DNA of 64,000 nucleotides from an uncultured Acidimicrobiia bacterium (GCA_963786955.1 CAWBAT010000008.1:32001-96000); one strand, 5' to 3'; positions 20,058 through 30,620 are shown, numbered from the stretch's first letter. Notes: generated by a model not told the origin, from the sequence alone. Program-made: numbers and translations.

Positions 20058-21056
20058 ATGAAAAAGGTTGCGATCATCGGAGGTGGCAGTTGGGGGACCG
20101 CTCTGGCTTTAGTCTTGTCCCAGAAATGCCAACAGGTCAGAATCTGGGTCTATGAAGCAGAGTTAGTCGATGCCATCAATCAGAATCATCGAAATAATCT
20201 CTACATGCCGGAGTGTGAGTTACCTTCGGCGATCCAGGCCACGCATTCTCTAGCGGATGCTTTGGCAGAATCTGAGATGGCCATAATGGTGGTACCTTCC
20301 CGCCACTTTCGGAAGGTTTCAGAAGAGCTGAAGCCTTGTATACGGCCTGAAACAATTCTAGTGAGTGCCACCAAGGGGATCGAAAATCAAACTCTCTGTC
20401 GAATGTCTCAAATTCTCGAAGAAGTTCTCTGCGAACAATCCGGATGCCACATTGCGGCGATTTCCGGTCCATCCTTTGCAAAAGAGGTCGCCCGAGGCAA
20501 TCCAACAGCGATTGTGGTTGCCAGTCATGACAAGAAGACGGCTGAATTCGTTCAGTCCGAGCTCTCGAGCGCTAACCTGCGCCTATATACCAGTAACGAT
20601 ATGGTCGGAGTGGAACTAGGCGGGGCTGTAAAGAATGTCATTGCGATTGCAGCGGGAGTCTGTGCCGGCCTGGGATACGGATCCAATTCGCTGGCAGCAT
20701 TAATCACTCGAGGATTGGCGGAGATGACCCGGCTGGTCGTTGCTTGTGGAGGAAAACCGCTGACCCTTGCCGGCTTATCCGGGATTGGAGATCTTGTTTT
20801 GACATGTACAGGAGACCTCAGCCGAAACCGCTCCATCGGAATACAACTGGGACAAGGAAGAAAGCTTGATGAAATTATCACGGGGATGAGGACGGTGGCA
20901 GAAGGGATCCCCACAACCCAGGCAACTCTTTCTCTCGCTAAGAAACATCATGTCGAAATGCCCATCATCGAACAGATGGATGCCGTACTGAATCGAGGAA
21001 AGGTGGCTCGTCAGGCGATTCGCGAACTGATGGAACGACCGCTAAAAGAAGAATAA
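20058..21056 (+). CDS. gpsA: NAD(P)H-dependent glycerol-3-phosphate dehydrogenase
   Basis: GGGSWGTALA, ATKGIE, SGPSFAKEV, GGAVKNVIAIA, GDLVLTCTGDLSRNR. Confidence 0.95.
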   Translation: MKKVAIIGGGSWGTALALVLSQKCQQVRIWVYEAELVDAINQNHRNNLYMPECELPSAIQATHSLADALAESEMAIMVVPSRHFRKVSEELKPCIRPETILVSATKGIENQTLCRMSQILEEVLCEQSGCHIAAISGPSFAKEVARGNPTAIVVASHDKKTAEFVQSELSSANLRLYTSNDMVGVELGGAVKNVIAIAAGVCAGLGYGSNSLAALITRGLAEMTRLVVACGGKPLTLAGLSGIGDLVLTCTGDLSRNRSIGIQLGQGRKLDEIITGMRTVAEGIPTTQATLSLAKKHHVEMPIIEQMDAVLNRGKVARQAIRELMERPLKEE

Positions 21057-21203
21057 GGAACAATCAAAGGTGTCACTTAGCTGGCAGCTCTGGGTCAAGA
21101 GGTCTTGCCAAAGTGGGAAAGAGCCAACCCGTCATGCTTTGTGGTTAAATCGTCTTTCAATGAAACATCCCGCGGGAAGTATCCCAGGCGTTGACCCCCT
21201 ACC

Positions 21204-21809
21204 TTATGTTTGCCGATCTAGCTCTCTGGAACCTTCCAATGGTTCGACAAGCTTTAAAAAATCGCGAATGATTTGAGCCGTCAATCCCCAGACCTCTTTC
21301 GATTCAAATTGATAAAAATAAATCTTTTTTTCCTGTTCAAAACGCTTTTTCATTTCGACGCGCAATAGGCGGTTATCTCGAAAAATGCTCCAAGGGACTC
21401 GAAGAACCTCCTCCACCTCGTCCGGGTTTGGTCTTAAGTCCTTTGGAGGCGCGATCCAACCCACAAAGGGTGTTACAATCAGCCCTGTTATCGAGTAATA
21501 CTCGTCAAATTCACCCAGGATGCTTATATCTCCCGGTACCAATCCGATTTCTTCCCACGTCTCGCGGAGCGCCGTGTGAACGAGATCCCGGTCATCGGAG
21601 GCCTGGACTCCCCCAGGAAAAGAGATCTGATTTTTATGGGTCTCCACTTTGTCGGTTCGGAGTGTCAACAGAAAGAAGTTGCGGGAATCATCCTGGAAGA
21701 TAGGCATCAAAACGGCCGCCCGCCCCAAATGGTCTTGAAATAGTTTGCGCGGGCCGCGCGAGTTCAGTAAAGAGGATATCTGCAGTGCGAGAGAGGGTAG
21801 CGGTTCCAT
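21204..21809 (-). CDS. Nudix CoA pyrophosphatase (NudL/PCD1-like)
   Basis: AAVL, LLTLR..HKNQISFPGG..TALRETWEEIG, NPDEV, VWGLTA. Confidence 0.88.
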   Translation of the reverse strand: MEPLPSLALQISSLLNSRGPRKLFQDHLGRAAVLMPIFQDDSRNFFLLTLRTDKVETHKNQISFPGGVQASDDRDLVHTALRETWEEIGLVPGDISILGEFDEYYSITGLIVTPFVGWIAPPKDLRPNPDEVEEVLRVPWSIFRDNRLLRVEMKKRFEQEKKIYFYQFESKEVWGLTAQIIRDFLKLVEPLEGSRELDRQT

Positions 21810-22135
21810 CACAACGAAGTATCATTTCATGTTTATATCGGCATGAAGCTGCTTAGTGAGAAAGCCCCGAGCCGTTGCTCGTCCGGTTAGTGTACATTCA
21901 GATCCGGAGTTCTATTTTAGCGAGGCAACATGGCCTGACCAACAAAAAACGCAGAACTGTTTTGAATTATTAAAAAAAGGAGGGGTTGAAATTGACACCA
22001 CCGAGCCCGGAAATGGAGCGAATGAAGTCAGGGATTGAGTTTTTGCTCTCGGAGAACCGGCAGGGCTCATGAATTCAATGGCCCAGCCACACAGGGAACC
22101 GGTTCAGCTTATGTTTTCTTCAGATCGGAGCCAGC

Positions 22136-23296
22136 TTAGAATAATCTTCTTGAGATATTGAAACCAATTCCCAATCCACTCCAGGAGTCACTGTATCCCG
22201 GGTAAAGGGCACTGCGGGTGGCCGATCGTTGGGAGATCGACGTCCCGGGAGAATTCGTGAAACCGAACGTGAAGCTGTGACGGAAGATTTTCTTCTGAAC
22301 TCCCAGCATGAATGAAGCGCGTTGAGTCCCCAGAAGTCCTAAAACACGTGGGCTTGCTTCGGCTACAAAAGCCACAGTGGGACGAATGTCGATGGAAACG
22401 CCGGCCCCAAGCGCGACAGTTGTTTCCCCCTTCCCTTTAAACTGAAGGTTAATAACATCTTGTAACGAACGATTGTTGAAAGAAATACTGGGCACAAAAT
22501 AGACCTGAGAGCGCTTCTTGATCGTCTTTGCCAGGGCGAATTCCATACTGGTAATGTACTCATTCCGGAAATCGTTTGTCCCCTCGACGGAGACCCGTAC
22601 GATGCTCGAAAAAGGCTGTCCAAGTTCTTCCTGTGAAAGCTGAGCGCCAACACCAAATTGGAGCTCTCTGCCTAGTGCTGTAGGAACCCGGTACGCCCCT
22701 ACAAAAAATCGGTCGGTCAATCCATACGTCAGGCCGAAAGAGGAAACCGAGAAGCCGTCCATCCCAAACAGGTAAGACAATCGAGCTTGTCCGACAAAGG
22801 TTGTGTCGTACGAAAAGCGGTGGGCGAAATCCACATAGAGCGCGTGTTTGTCAATATGGCGAGCCGTGGGAAGAGTCCAGAGGATGATATCCTCGGTATG
22901 ATAAACATCCTCATCTTTCTTGATGACTTTCTTGGAAGTTGAAGCGGTATCGGAGTTCTTTGCCTCGGAAGGGGCCGGCCCTGCCTGTCCCGAAGCCACT
23001 TCGGTTGCTCCGGGATCCCGTGGAGGAATCTCAAGGATTTGATGGGTCGCGGTATCAATCAAATAGCGTTTCCCGTCTTTTTCGAGCAAAATCTGAGAAC
23101 TGGACTCTTTGACAAACTCCACGCCCTTTAGTGCTGGAACCGGAGTTAGATGTTGCAGGTCCACACCTTTGTTGGTATCGGCTGTAGCTGAAGCGACATC
23201 CGTCAAAGAGGTGTCTTCAATTGTCTGGGCAGGGAGAAAGACCGGGAAAAGGGCTACCAGAAGTACACTCAAGAAGCGAACGAATCTCAAAACCAT
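22136..23296 (-). CDS. Outer-membrane beta-barrel protein, DUF5777-like
   Basis: Signal peptide; LPTAR..FAHRF..LFGMD, HSFTFGFTNS, C-terminal GFNISRRLF. Confidence 0.65.
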   Translation of the reverse strand: MVLRFVRFLSVLLVALFPVFLPAQTIEDTSLTDVASATADTNKGVDLQHLTPVPALKGVEFVKESSSQILLEKDGKRYLIDTATHQILEIPPRDPGATEVASGQAGPAPSEAKNSDTASTSKKVIKKDEDVYHTEDIILWTLPTARHIDKHALYVDFAHRFSYDTTFVGQARLSYLFGMDGFSVSSFGLTYGLTDRFFVGAYRVPTALGRELQFGVGAQLSQEELGQPFSSIVRVSVEGTNDFRNEYITSMEFALAKTIKKRSQVYFVPSISFNNRSLQDVINLQFKGKGETTVALGAGVSIDIRPTVAFVAEASPRVLGLLGTQRASFMLGVQKKIFRHSFTFGFTNSPGTSISQRSATRSALYPGYSDSWSGLGIGFNISRRLF

Positions 23297-23635
23297 GGAT
23301 TAACTCTCCTCATTTGTATTTGCCATGTAGTGGAAAGTCTGTTTGAACGCGCGGCCAATCCGCCCCTTGGTCATCCCGGACTTAAGATTTGCAAGCAAAT
23401 AGCGCTTTCCTCAATATATCTCTTTTGGGGTGACTCTGACGGGGTGCACTCGTTAGTTGTGTAGGGGAGGGGTTGAGTGGAAGAATCTGGTGGTTGAGCC
23501 GTTTAGCAGAGAAAGGACAGCCTTGGCAATTCCCGGGGGACTCAATGGAAAGCGGGTATTGACCTTGCTATATTAAACCGCGTTCAAACGGTGACCGTCT
23601 GAATTCCCCTCCGCTGGAGGGAAGGTGTGAAAAGA

Positions 23636-23701
23636 TTGTAGTAACGACTTCAGTTGTTCCGGAGCCAGGTTAAAAAGAAACGACTAAAGTCGTCACTACA
23701 A
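23636..23701. repeat. GTAG-type REP doublet
   Basis: TTGTAGTAACGACTTCAGTTGTT versus the reverse complement of AACGACTAAAGTCGTCACTACAA, 3 mismatches in 23. Confidence 0.7.
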
Positions 23702-23766
23702 ACCCTCAATAAGCCCGCTCATCAATTCTTTCAAACCTTCAGGGGTTTGGGGCGCCGAAGGCGAGG

Positions 23767-23829
23767 TGAGGGGCCAAGTGTCAAACGAATCAACCTCCAA
23801 AATTGTCACTATAATTTGCAAACAGCGAT
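23767..23829 (+). repeat. Second copy of the 63-nt tail seen at 15845-15907
   Basis: 53 of 63 identity, aligned by eye without gaps. Confidence 0.7.
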
Positions 23830-24045
23830 AGATTACCATTTAAAGAGGGTGCTCCCTCGGGGATTGGTTGGACAGGCAAAGAATTTGGATGTTGCAAAGA
23901 GTTGGCGCACGCCTGATCCAGCAGAATCACTTGCCGTTCCGGGCTGGCTTGCTATGATGTCGGTGGCGGAGCACCTTCAGATTGAAACTTCGAAGGAAAT
24001 TCGAAAGAGTCTCCTTAATATTTTTTCGAGCCTCAGGTGAAGAAT

Positions 24046-25332
24046 ATGGCACGAACCGCAATGGTTACCTGTTTAGTTGTGGCTCTATTTGTAGCCACTG
24101 CAGCGGCACAGTCATCCCCTCTCTCGGTGGAGGATTGCATTCGACTGGCTCAAACGGCTCAGTCCACGATCACTATGGCCCAACAGCAAAGTGAGATTGC
24201 CCGTTACGGTCGAACCATGGCTCGATCTGGATTTCTTCCGCAGTTTCGTTTTGATAATTCCTTCATTTACAATAGTCCCTTACTTAATAACCCAGCTGTC
24301 TTCAGCTTCGTCAACTTAAACGGGATACGCGAATATATCTCCCTGCTGAATACCACCCTGGAGCTGGATACTTCTGGAAGATTGCGGGCGGTGATGGCGC
24401 GAGCTCGGGCGGACCAAGACATTGCAACCGCGAGCCTGGGAATTGCCCAACGCGATTTGCGACGGCTGGTTACTGCTGCTTTTTTTCAACTCCAGCTTTC
24501 GCGCCATCTGGTTGAGGCAGCCCGCAATACTTTGGCAGAAGCCCAACAATTCGAAGCACGCACAGAGCTTCTTTTCAAGAAGGGAGAAGCAGCCGAAGGG
24601 GACTTGTTTAAAGCCTCTGCCCAGGCAGCCTTTCTGGAGCAAGCCCTGAGTGCTGCGGAACTTCAGGAGCAGTTGTCCAATCATGCTCTCGCCTCGTTTT
24701 GGACCCGCGACGTCAACACGCCTTTGGTCTTGAAAGATGTGCTGGATCAGCCTGTGCCTCCTCCTCTTGAAGGGATTGGAGAGCACGGTTCTCCGGATCC
24801 CTTCATGCGCCGGCTTGAATTGGTTATTCTGGACGCACAGCGGCGTGGCATTCTCGCAGATTCTCACCGGGCTCGAGCCGAACTTTTGCCGCAGGCCAAT
24901 ATCACTTTTGAATACGGAGTCGATTCAACCCAAGCCCTGATTCGCGATCGAGGCTATGCCGCCTTCTTCAACCTCAGTATTCCTATTTTTGATTGGTTCA
25001 AGGCTCACAGTGCGACCCGACAATTTCAGTTACAGGCGAAGCAAGTGGAATTTACGCGCGATATCGCCGTGCGAACCTTTTCCAAGGAGTACTGGGACGC
25101 AATGGATCGCGTTAAGACGCTTCACTCTCAAATCTTGATGACACAAAAACAAGTGAAGTTTTCTGAAGAGGACCTTCGGATAAGTCGCCTGCGACAGGAG
25201 GGAGGAGAAGGGTCGGCTCTCCACGTCGTTGTTGCCCAGACTCAACTGGCTCAGGCGCGCACCAATTATTACACGGTCCTGGCAAATTATTGGATTGCCA
25301 GAACAGATCTGGATATTGCCAGTGGACATTGA
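24046..25332 (+). CDS. TolC family outer-membrane efflux protein
   Basis: Signal peptide, two OEP repeats (ARSGFLP / ARAELLP, LSIPIFDW), first gene of an OMF-MFP-RND operon. Confidence 0.88.
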   Translation: MARTAMVTCLVVALFVATAAAQSSPLSVEDCIRLAQTAQSTITMAQQQSEIARYGRTMARSGFLPQFRFDNSFIYNSPLLNNPAVFSFVNLNGIREYISLLNTTLELDTSGRLRAVMARARADQDIATASLGIAQRDLRRLVTAAFFQLQLSRHLVEAARNTLAEAQQFEARTELLFKKGEAAEGDLFKASAQAAFLEQALSAAELQEQLSNHALASFWTRDVNTPLVLKDVLDQPVPPPLEGIGEHGSPDPFMRRLELVILDAQRRGILADSHRARAELLPQANITFEYGVDSTQALIRDRGYAAFFNLSIPIFDWFKAHSATRQFQLQAKQVEFTRDIAVRTFSKEYWDAMDRVKTLHSQILMTQKQVKFSEEDLRISRLRQEGGEGSALHVVVAQTQLAQARTNYYTVLANYWIARTDLDIASGH

Positions 25333-25374
25333 TCTGAATTCAAGGCAGCGTGCGGGCACGCGGCCTTCAAAGTT

Positions 25375-25397
25375 GTAGGCCGGGTCACCGACCCGGC
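25375..25397 (+). repeat. Single GTAG-type REP
   Basis: GTAG-GCCGGGTC-ACC-GACCCGGC, a perfect 8-bp hairpin after a GTAG tetranucleotide. Confidence 0.55.
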
Positions 25398-25584
25398 GTT
25401 AACGTCACCGTATTTATGAAAAGCAGTACTTACTACTAGCCTGTCATTTTTAACCCGGATGATGCCAAGAAAGCCAGCGAGAGCAGTGATTGGATGCAAT
25501 ATTGCTCATGAAGCGGGAACCATTCCATTGAAAGTAACCTGTGTGATCCGAGCACTTCCCCGTGTTCCCCGTGGTCTAACAACC

Positions 25585-26844
25585 ATGTCAAACGTTGCCC
25601 AGTGCGGACTTAGAATTTGCATCTCCTACTTTGCGCTCTCATGGATTCTCCTACTTCTGGGCTGCAGCCAGTCCGAAGACACTGTCCCCAAACATGTGGT
25701 TGCCGTCAAGGTTGCCAGAACAGAGCGATTCGATGTGAGCCTTACGATTCGAGCCCCAGCGACTCTCTTTCCCCGTGAACAGGTTAACCTGGCTCCCCGA
25801 ACGGCTTCTCCCATCCGCGAGCTACGAGCGCGCAAAGGGGACAACGTATCAGCAGGTCAGGTTCTGGCTGTTCTAGAAAATCATGATCTACAAGCCCAAC
25901 GGCAGGAGTCCGAAGCAGCTGTCATGGAGTCCCAGGCCAATTTAGAGAAGATTTCAAGTGGCACCCTGGTGACGGAGGTGGAGCGAGCCCGAGGGCAAGT
26001 GGCTATTGCTGAAGCAGGGTTGAATCAGGCCCAGAAGAATTACGACCGCCGTGAGGAGCTTTTTGCACAAGGTGCTATCCCGCAGCGAGACCTGCTTTTT
26101 AGCCAGACTGAATTAGCCCAGGCTAAAACCGCGTTTGACGTAGCTACAAAGACACTGGAGTTGCTCGAACATCAATCGGGTGGAAGAGATATTCGGCAGG
26201 CAGAGAGCCGTCTAGCGCAAGCCAAAGCCCGCTTGCAACTGATTGAAGCTCAGCTTCACTTTACAGAATTACAGAGCCCGTTTGGCGGAAGTATTACCGA
26301 ACAATTCTTGTATCCAGGTGACATGGCCAAACCTGAAACCCCGATTTTTACGGTCATGGATTTGTCAACAGTCGTTGCCCGAGCTCAGGTCCCAGAAGAG
26401 CAGACGGGAGCGATACAGTTAGGTCAGCATGCATTCTTTACCCCTTTGAGGCAAGATCAGAGTCCGTTCGAAGGGCGTATCAGCCTGGTCAATAAGGCCG
26501 TCGATTCTGTCCGCCGTACGGTCGAGGTTTGGTGTGAAATCTCCAACCACTCGCGCCAATTGCGGGCAGGTGAATTTGGAACTCTGTCGATTATTACAGG
26601 CGTTGCCCCGCAAAGCGTGGTTGTTCCGTTAACGGGAATCCAGTTTGTGGGAGGATCCCACGAAGGGTGGGTAATGGTCGTTGATGAAAAACACAGCGCA
26701 CACAAGGTGCAGATCAGGGCTGGTGAGGTCTTTGACGGTAAGACTCAAATTACGCAAGGACTCAAAGGCGAGGAGCTCATCATTGTGGAGGGTGGCTACG
26801 GGCTCCCTGAAGGGACCGAAGTGACATTCACGGAGAAGCCATGA
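25585..26844 (+). CDS. RND efflux periplasmic adaptor (MFP), probable lipoprotein
   Basis: LLLLGC lipobox, lipoyl half-motifs (GDNVSAGQVL / LQSPFGGSI), long helical hairpin. Confidence 0.88.
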   Translation: MSNVAQCGLRICISYFALSWILLLLGCSQSEDTVPKHVVAVKVARTERFDVSLTIRAPATLFPREQVNLAPRTASPIRELRARKGDNVSAGQVLAVLENHDLQAQRQESEAAVMESQANLEKISSGTLVTEVERARGQVAIAEAGLNQAQKNYDRREELFAQGAIPQRDLLFSQTELAQAKTAFDVATKTLELLEHQSGGRDIRQAESRLAQAKARLQLIEAQLHFTELQSPFGGSITEQFLYPGDMAKPETPIFTVMDLSTVVARAQVPEEQTGAIQLGQHAFFTPLRQDQSPFEGRISLVNKAVDSVRRTVEVWCEISNHSRQLRAGEFGTLSIITGVAPQSVVVPLTGIQFVGGSHEGWVMVVDEKHSAHKVQIRAGEVFDGKTQITQGLKGEELIIVEGGYGLPEGTEVTFTEKP

Positions 26845-29800
26845 CGCCACGCCTGGCTCATTTTGTCGAAGACCACGGGCGCGCTCTACTGCTTATCGTC
26901 TTGAGCTTTGCCCTGGCCGGTCTCATTTTAGCTTTCCGCCTGCCAATCGCTATCTTCCCCCAGACAGATTTCCCCCGAATTATCATTTTAGTCGACAACG
27001 GGATTGCACCGGTGGACGTGCAGATGCTGACGGTCACTCGTCCGATTGAGCAGGCCATCCGAATTGTTCCGGGGATCACCGATGTTCGATCGGTGACCAG
27101 TCGCGGGTCGAGTGAGATCAGTGTATTCTTTCGTTGGGATGTGGATATCCTGAACGCCTTGCATTTGGTTCAGGGAAGAATCTCTCAAATCACCCCTACG
27201 TTACCGCCAACCGCGCGCTTTTACATCAATCGATTGACTTTCTCCGTATTTCCCATGATCGGCTTTAGCATGACTTCGCCGACCCGGAGTATCTCAGACC
27301 TCTGGGAACTGGCTTACTACAACTTGGCTCCGCGTCTCTACCGGCTCCCAGGGGTGGCGGAAGCCCGCATCGTTGGAGGTCGTCCACAGGAATACCACGT
27401 GGTTGTAAATCCGGAAAAACTCAACAGCTATGGGATGCCTTTGACAAAAGTTGTCGATGCCATTCGCTCCAGTAACCTGATTGCTGCTGCAGGAATGGTG
27501 CAGGAAAATTACCACCTCTATCTGACTACGGTTACTGGACTGATGCGGCACAAGGAAGAAATTGAAGAGACCGTGGTGGCAGTCGTTCAAGGGACACCGG
27601 TGTTCGTTAAAGATTTGGCACAAGTGGTTCCCGGCGAAAGACCTACTTACAACATTGTCACGGCTAATGGCCGTCCAGCCGTCCTGATTAATGTTTTGCA
27701 GCAACCGGACGGCAATGCGGTCCAGATTGCGGATGCCGTCAATCAGGAACTCCGCGAGATTCGTAAGAGTCTTCCTGCAGACATTGAACTAGCTACTTTC
27801 TACGATCAGTCGGTCCTGGTCCGGGACTCCATCGGCAGCGTGACCGAAAGTATTGTGGTCGGATTGGTCCTTTCTGCTGCGGTTTTGATGGGTTTTCTCA
27901 AGAGCTGGAGAACTACATTGGTCGCAGCCCTTGTCATACCCCTCGCCATCCTCATCGCCGTGGTTTTTATGAAGCTGTTTCATATGAGCTTCAACCTCAT
28001 GACCCTGGGAGGACTGGCCGCTTCGATTGGTGTCGTCATTGATGACGCCATCGTCATGGTAGAGAATATTATCGTGCATTTATCGCTCGGTCAGGCCCCG
28101 AAAATTGCCGCACGGAGTGCCATTCAGGAATTAACCCCCGCTCTGATTGGATCCACACTGACACCGATCATGGTTTTTGTCCCTTTGGTTTTCCTGGGAG
28201 GGATCACCGCTGTCTTCTTCCGTGCCTTGGCCATGACCATGGTTACAGCGTTGCTGGCTTCTCTCTTTTTGGCCATTTTTTTTACACCCGTGTTAGCGAG
28301 GTTGTTTTTAAAACGACGGGAAATTCCCCAAGCGCCCCCTCTGGGTTCGGAAGAACTAAATCTATTGGAAGCAGAACAAACAGGGGAGGGAAAAATTCTC
28401 CGAGGGTTGACTAAGCGTTATGAATTCGCCCTTCACTGGGCACTGATGCATAGCCGAAAAATATTATTCGTTTCCGCATTGATCTTGTTGTCCTCTCTCG
28501 TTATCTATTGGCAACTGGGGAGCAGTTTTTTGCCGGAATTGGACGAGGGAGCCTTCGTTTTGGACTACATCATGCCTTCCGGCACGTCGCTGGAGGAAAG
28601 TAACCGCGTGCTGCTTCACATTGAACAGTTGTTGCAAGGCACTCCTGAAATTGAAAGCTACTCTCGCCGCACCGGAGCGCGTCTGGCTCTGGCGATTGCT
28701 GAACCCAATACCGGGGATTTCCTCATCATGCTGAAACGGAAACGCCAGCGCTCCCTCAACGAAATAACGGATGAATTGCGCCACAAGATCGTGAAATCAG
28801 AACCGGCTATTGAGGTCGAATTCCCGCATATCTTGGAGGATCTCATCGGTGATCTGGCTTGGTCTCCGAAGCCCATTGAGATCAAGATCTATCACGACAA
28901 CGAAGCCACCTACGAGGCCATTGCTCGCGAGATTGAAAATTGGCTTCCTAAAATAAAGGGTGTGGTTGATGTGGTGAACTGGACCGTGGGGGTGGGACCT
29001 TCTGTCAATTTCCGGGTAGACTCGGAGAAAGCCCGGCGGGCTGGATTTAATGTTCAGGATGTAGCCGCCTTGGAGTCCGCCATACTAGATGGTGAACTGG
29101 CTTCAAATATGATCCAAGGGGACAGGCTCATCGGGATCCGGGTTCGCTACCCCGCCGATTTCCGCTCGTCAACGGACAAGCTGAATTCACTCTTGCTGAC
29201 CTCCCCGACCGGCTCTACCGTTCCTCTTTCCAGTATCTCCAAGATTGAAGTTGAAGAAGGCCAGAGCGAGGTTCGCCGAGAAAACTTGCGAAACATGACC
29301 ATGGTGACAGCTTATGTTTCCAATCGGGACCTGGGTTCGGTGATGAAGGAAATTCACCGCCGCCTATTCAAGGAGATCCAGATTCCACCTGGCACAGAAA
29401 TCGAGTTTGGCGGCCTCTATCAAATCCAACGCGAATCATTCCTCGGGTTGACCCAAGTTCTACTGATGTCAATCCTCTTGATATTCATTATTTTGGTTTT
29501 CGAGTTTCGTTCTTTTTCCCACCCTATCGCCATATTGGTAGCAACCCTATTGTGCAGCTTTGGGGCTTTGTTGGCCTTGTTCGTGACAAGATCGACTTTG
29601 AACATTGCTTCCTTCATGGGCGTCATTATGGTTGTGGGCATTGTTCACAAAAACGGGATTCTGATGCTGGATGCGGAAAAATACTTTTCAGCCCATGGCT
29701 ATCCGCTGCGCGAAGCGGTCTTTCAGGCCGGGCGTCGTCGATTACGACCCATCCTCATGACCGCTCTCGCGACGATTTTCGGGATGCTGCCGCTGGCGCT

Positions 29801-29933
29801 GGGTGTGGGGTCAGGAGCTCAACTGCTAAAACCCCTGGCCATTGCCGTCATTGGCGGTGTGGGGGTTTCCATGATTCTTTCGCTGCTCATTACACCGGTG
29901 CTCTTTTGCTGGCTACGTGAGCGGGGATTATAA
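26841..29933 (+). CDS. RND efflux permease (AcrB/CusA superfamily), substrate unknown
   Basis: 1030 aa; GVVIDDAIVMVENI, GIVHKNGILMLD, RLRPILMT. ATGA overlap with the MFP gene. Confidence 0.93.
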   Translation: MTPRLAHFVEDHGRALLLIVLSFALAGLILAFRLPIAIFPQTDFPRIIILVDNGIAPVDVQMLTVTRPIEQAIRIVPGITDVRSVTSRGSSEISVFFRWDVDILNALHLVQGRISQITPTLPPTARFYINRLTFSVFPMIGFSMTSPTRSISDLWELAYYNLAPRLYRLPGVAEARIVGGRPQEYHVVVNPEKLNSYGMPLTKVVDAIRSSNLIAAAGMVQENYHLYLTTVTGLMRHKEEIEETVVAVVQGTPVFVKDLAQVVPGERPTYNIVTANGRPAVLINVLQQPDGNAVQIADAVNQELREIRKSLPADIELATFYDQSVLVRDSIGSVTESIVVGLVLSAAVLMGFLKSWRTTLVAALVIPLAILIAVVFMKLFHMSFNLMTLGGLAASIGVVIDDAIVMVENIIVHLSLGQAPKIAARSAIQELTPALIGSTLTPIMVFVPLVFLGGITAVFFRALAMTMVTALLASLFLAIFFTPVLARLFLKRREIPQAPPLGSEELNLLEAEQTGEGKILRGLTKRYEFALHWALMHSRKILFVSALILLSSLVIYWQLGSSFLPELDEGAFVLDYIMPSGTSLEESNRVLLHIEQLLQGTPEIESYSRRTGARLALAIAEPNTGDFLIMLKRKRQRSLNEITDELRHKIVKSEPAIEVEFPHILEDLIGDLAWSPKPIEIKIYHDNEATYEAIAREIENWLPKIKGVVDVVNWTVGVGPSVNFRVDSEKARRAGFNVQDVAALESAILDGELASNMIQGDRLIGIRVRYPADFRSSTDKLNSLLLTSPTGSTVPLSSISKIEVEEGQSEVRRENLRNMTMVTAYVSNRDLGSVMKEIHRRLFKEIQIPPGTEIEFGGLYQIQRESFLGLTQVLLMSILLIFIILVFEFRSFSHPIAILVATLLCSFGALLALFVTRSTLNIASFMGVIMVVGIVHKNGILMLDAEKYFSAHGYPLREAVFQAGRRRLRPILMTALATIFGMLPLALGVGSGAQLLKPLAIAVIGGVGVSMILSLLITPVLFCWLRERGL

Positions 29934-29977
29934 GAATCTCAGAAAAGGGAAAAAGTATACCGAAGACCTGCGGATTT

Positions 29978-30053
29978 AGGTGGAACGCGCGCTCCGCCGC
30001 GCGTTCATTGAGCGTGCGCGGGGAGACAGCGGTCCCACGCGCACGCTCCACCT
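29978..30053. repeat. GTGG-type REP doublet, copy 2
   Basis: Near-identical to 12017-12087; lies between convergent genes. Confidence 0.8.
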
Positions 30054-30084
30054 GGCAACGCTCACACAATTTCGGGATCCGGGG

Positions 30085-30510
30085 TTACTTGACTACCAGT
30101 TTTCCCTTCATTTTCCCGTGTCCAAAACCGCAGAACTTGCAACAAACAAACTCAAATTCTCCTGCCTTTTCTGCATAAAATTCAATCGTTACCGGTTCAC
30201 TGGGACTGAATTTTACACAACTGTCTTTGACACCCTTGATTTCGAACCCGTGCTCTTTATCAATAGCCTTAAGGTGGATTTTCAAAAGGGTCTTGGCAGG
30301 TACCTCGATTAATGCCGGAACGAATTCGTATTTTTTGGCGCTGACATCAAACTCTTTAACCGCTGCGTCGGCAGGGGCTGTGTTACCTACCTTCACTACC
30401 TTTGCACCAGAAGGGCCTGAAGATGGTTTATCGTCTGCAATGGCCCGGCTAATCTCAAAGACAGAGAAGCAGAAGAGAATTGCCAAGGGTAAGGTAAGAG
30501 TACTTTTCAT
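30085..30510 (-). CDS. Secreted cupredoxin with CuA-type motif (CoxB C-terminal-like)
   Basis: Signal peptide; HGFEI...C-CKF-C-GFG-H-GK-M (H...CxxxCxxxHxxM); SD AAGGAGG. Confidence 0.8.
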   Translation of the reverse strand: MKSTLTLPLAILFCFSVFEISRAIADDKPSSGPSGAKVVKVGNTAPADAAVKEFDVSAKKYEFVPALIEVPAKTLLKIHLKAIDKEHGFEIKGVKDSCVKFSPSEPVTIEFYAEKAGEFEFVCCKFCGFGHGKMKGKLVVK

Positions 30511-30620
30511 GAATCCTCCTTTTCAATGCGACTGCCAGTCAGAATTTCTCAAATAATAGATCTGGAGAGTTTCATTCTCCGTCGTCACTATATTCAGCAA
30601 TCCTCAATATAATGGAGATG

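Noticed and set aside
23654-24040. 128-aa ORF upstream of tolC
   Set aside because: Runs through REP and repeat sequences and has no recognisable motif.
26841-29933. Naming the RND pump cusA or czcA
   Set aside because: The TM4 motif IDDAIV and TM10 Lys are AcrB-like, and I could not verify metal-binding residues.
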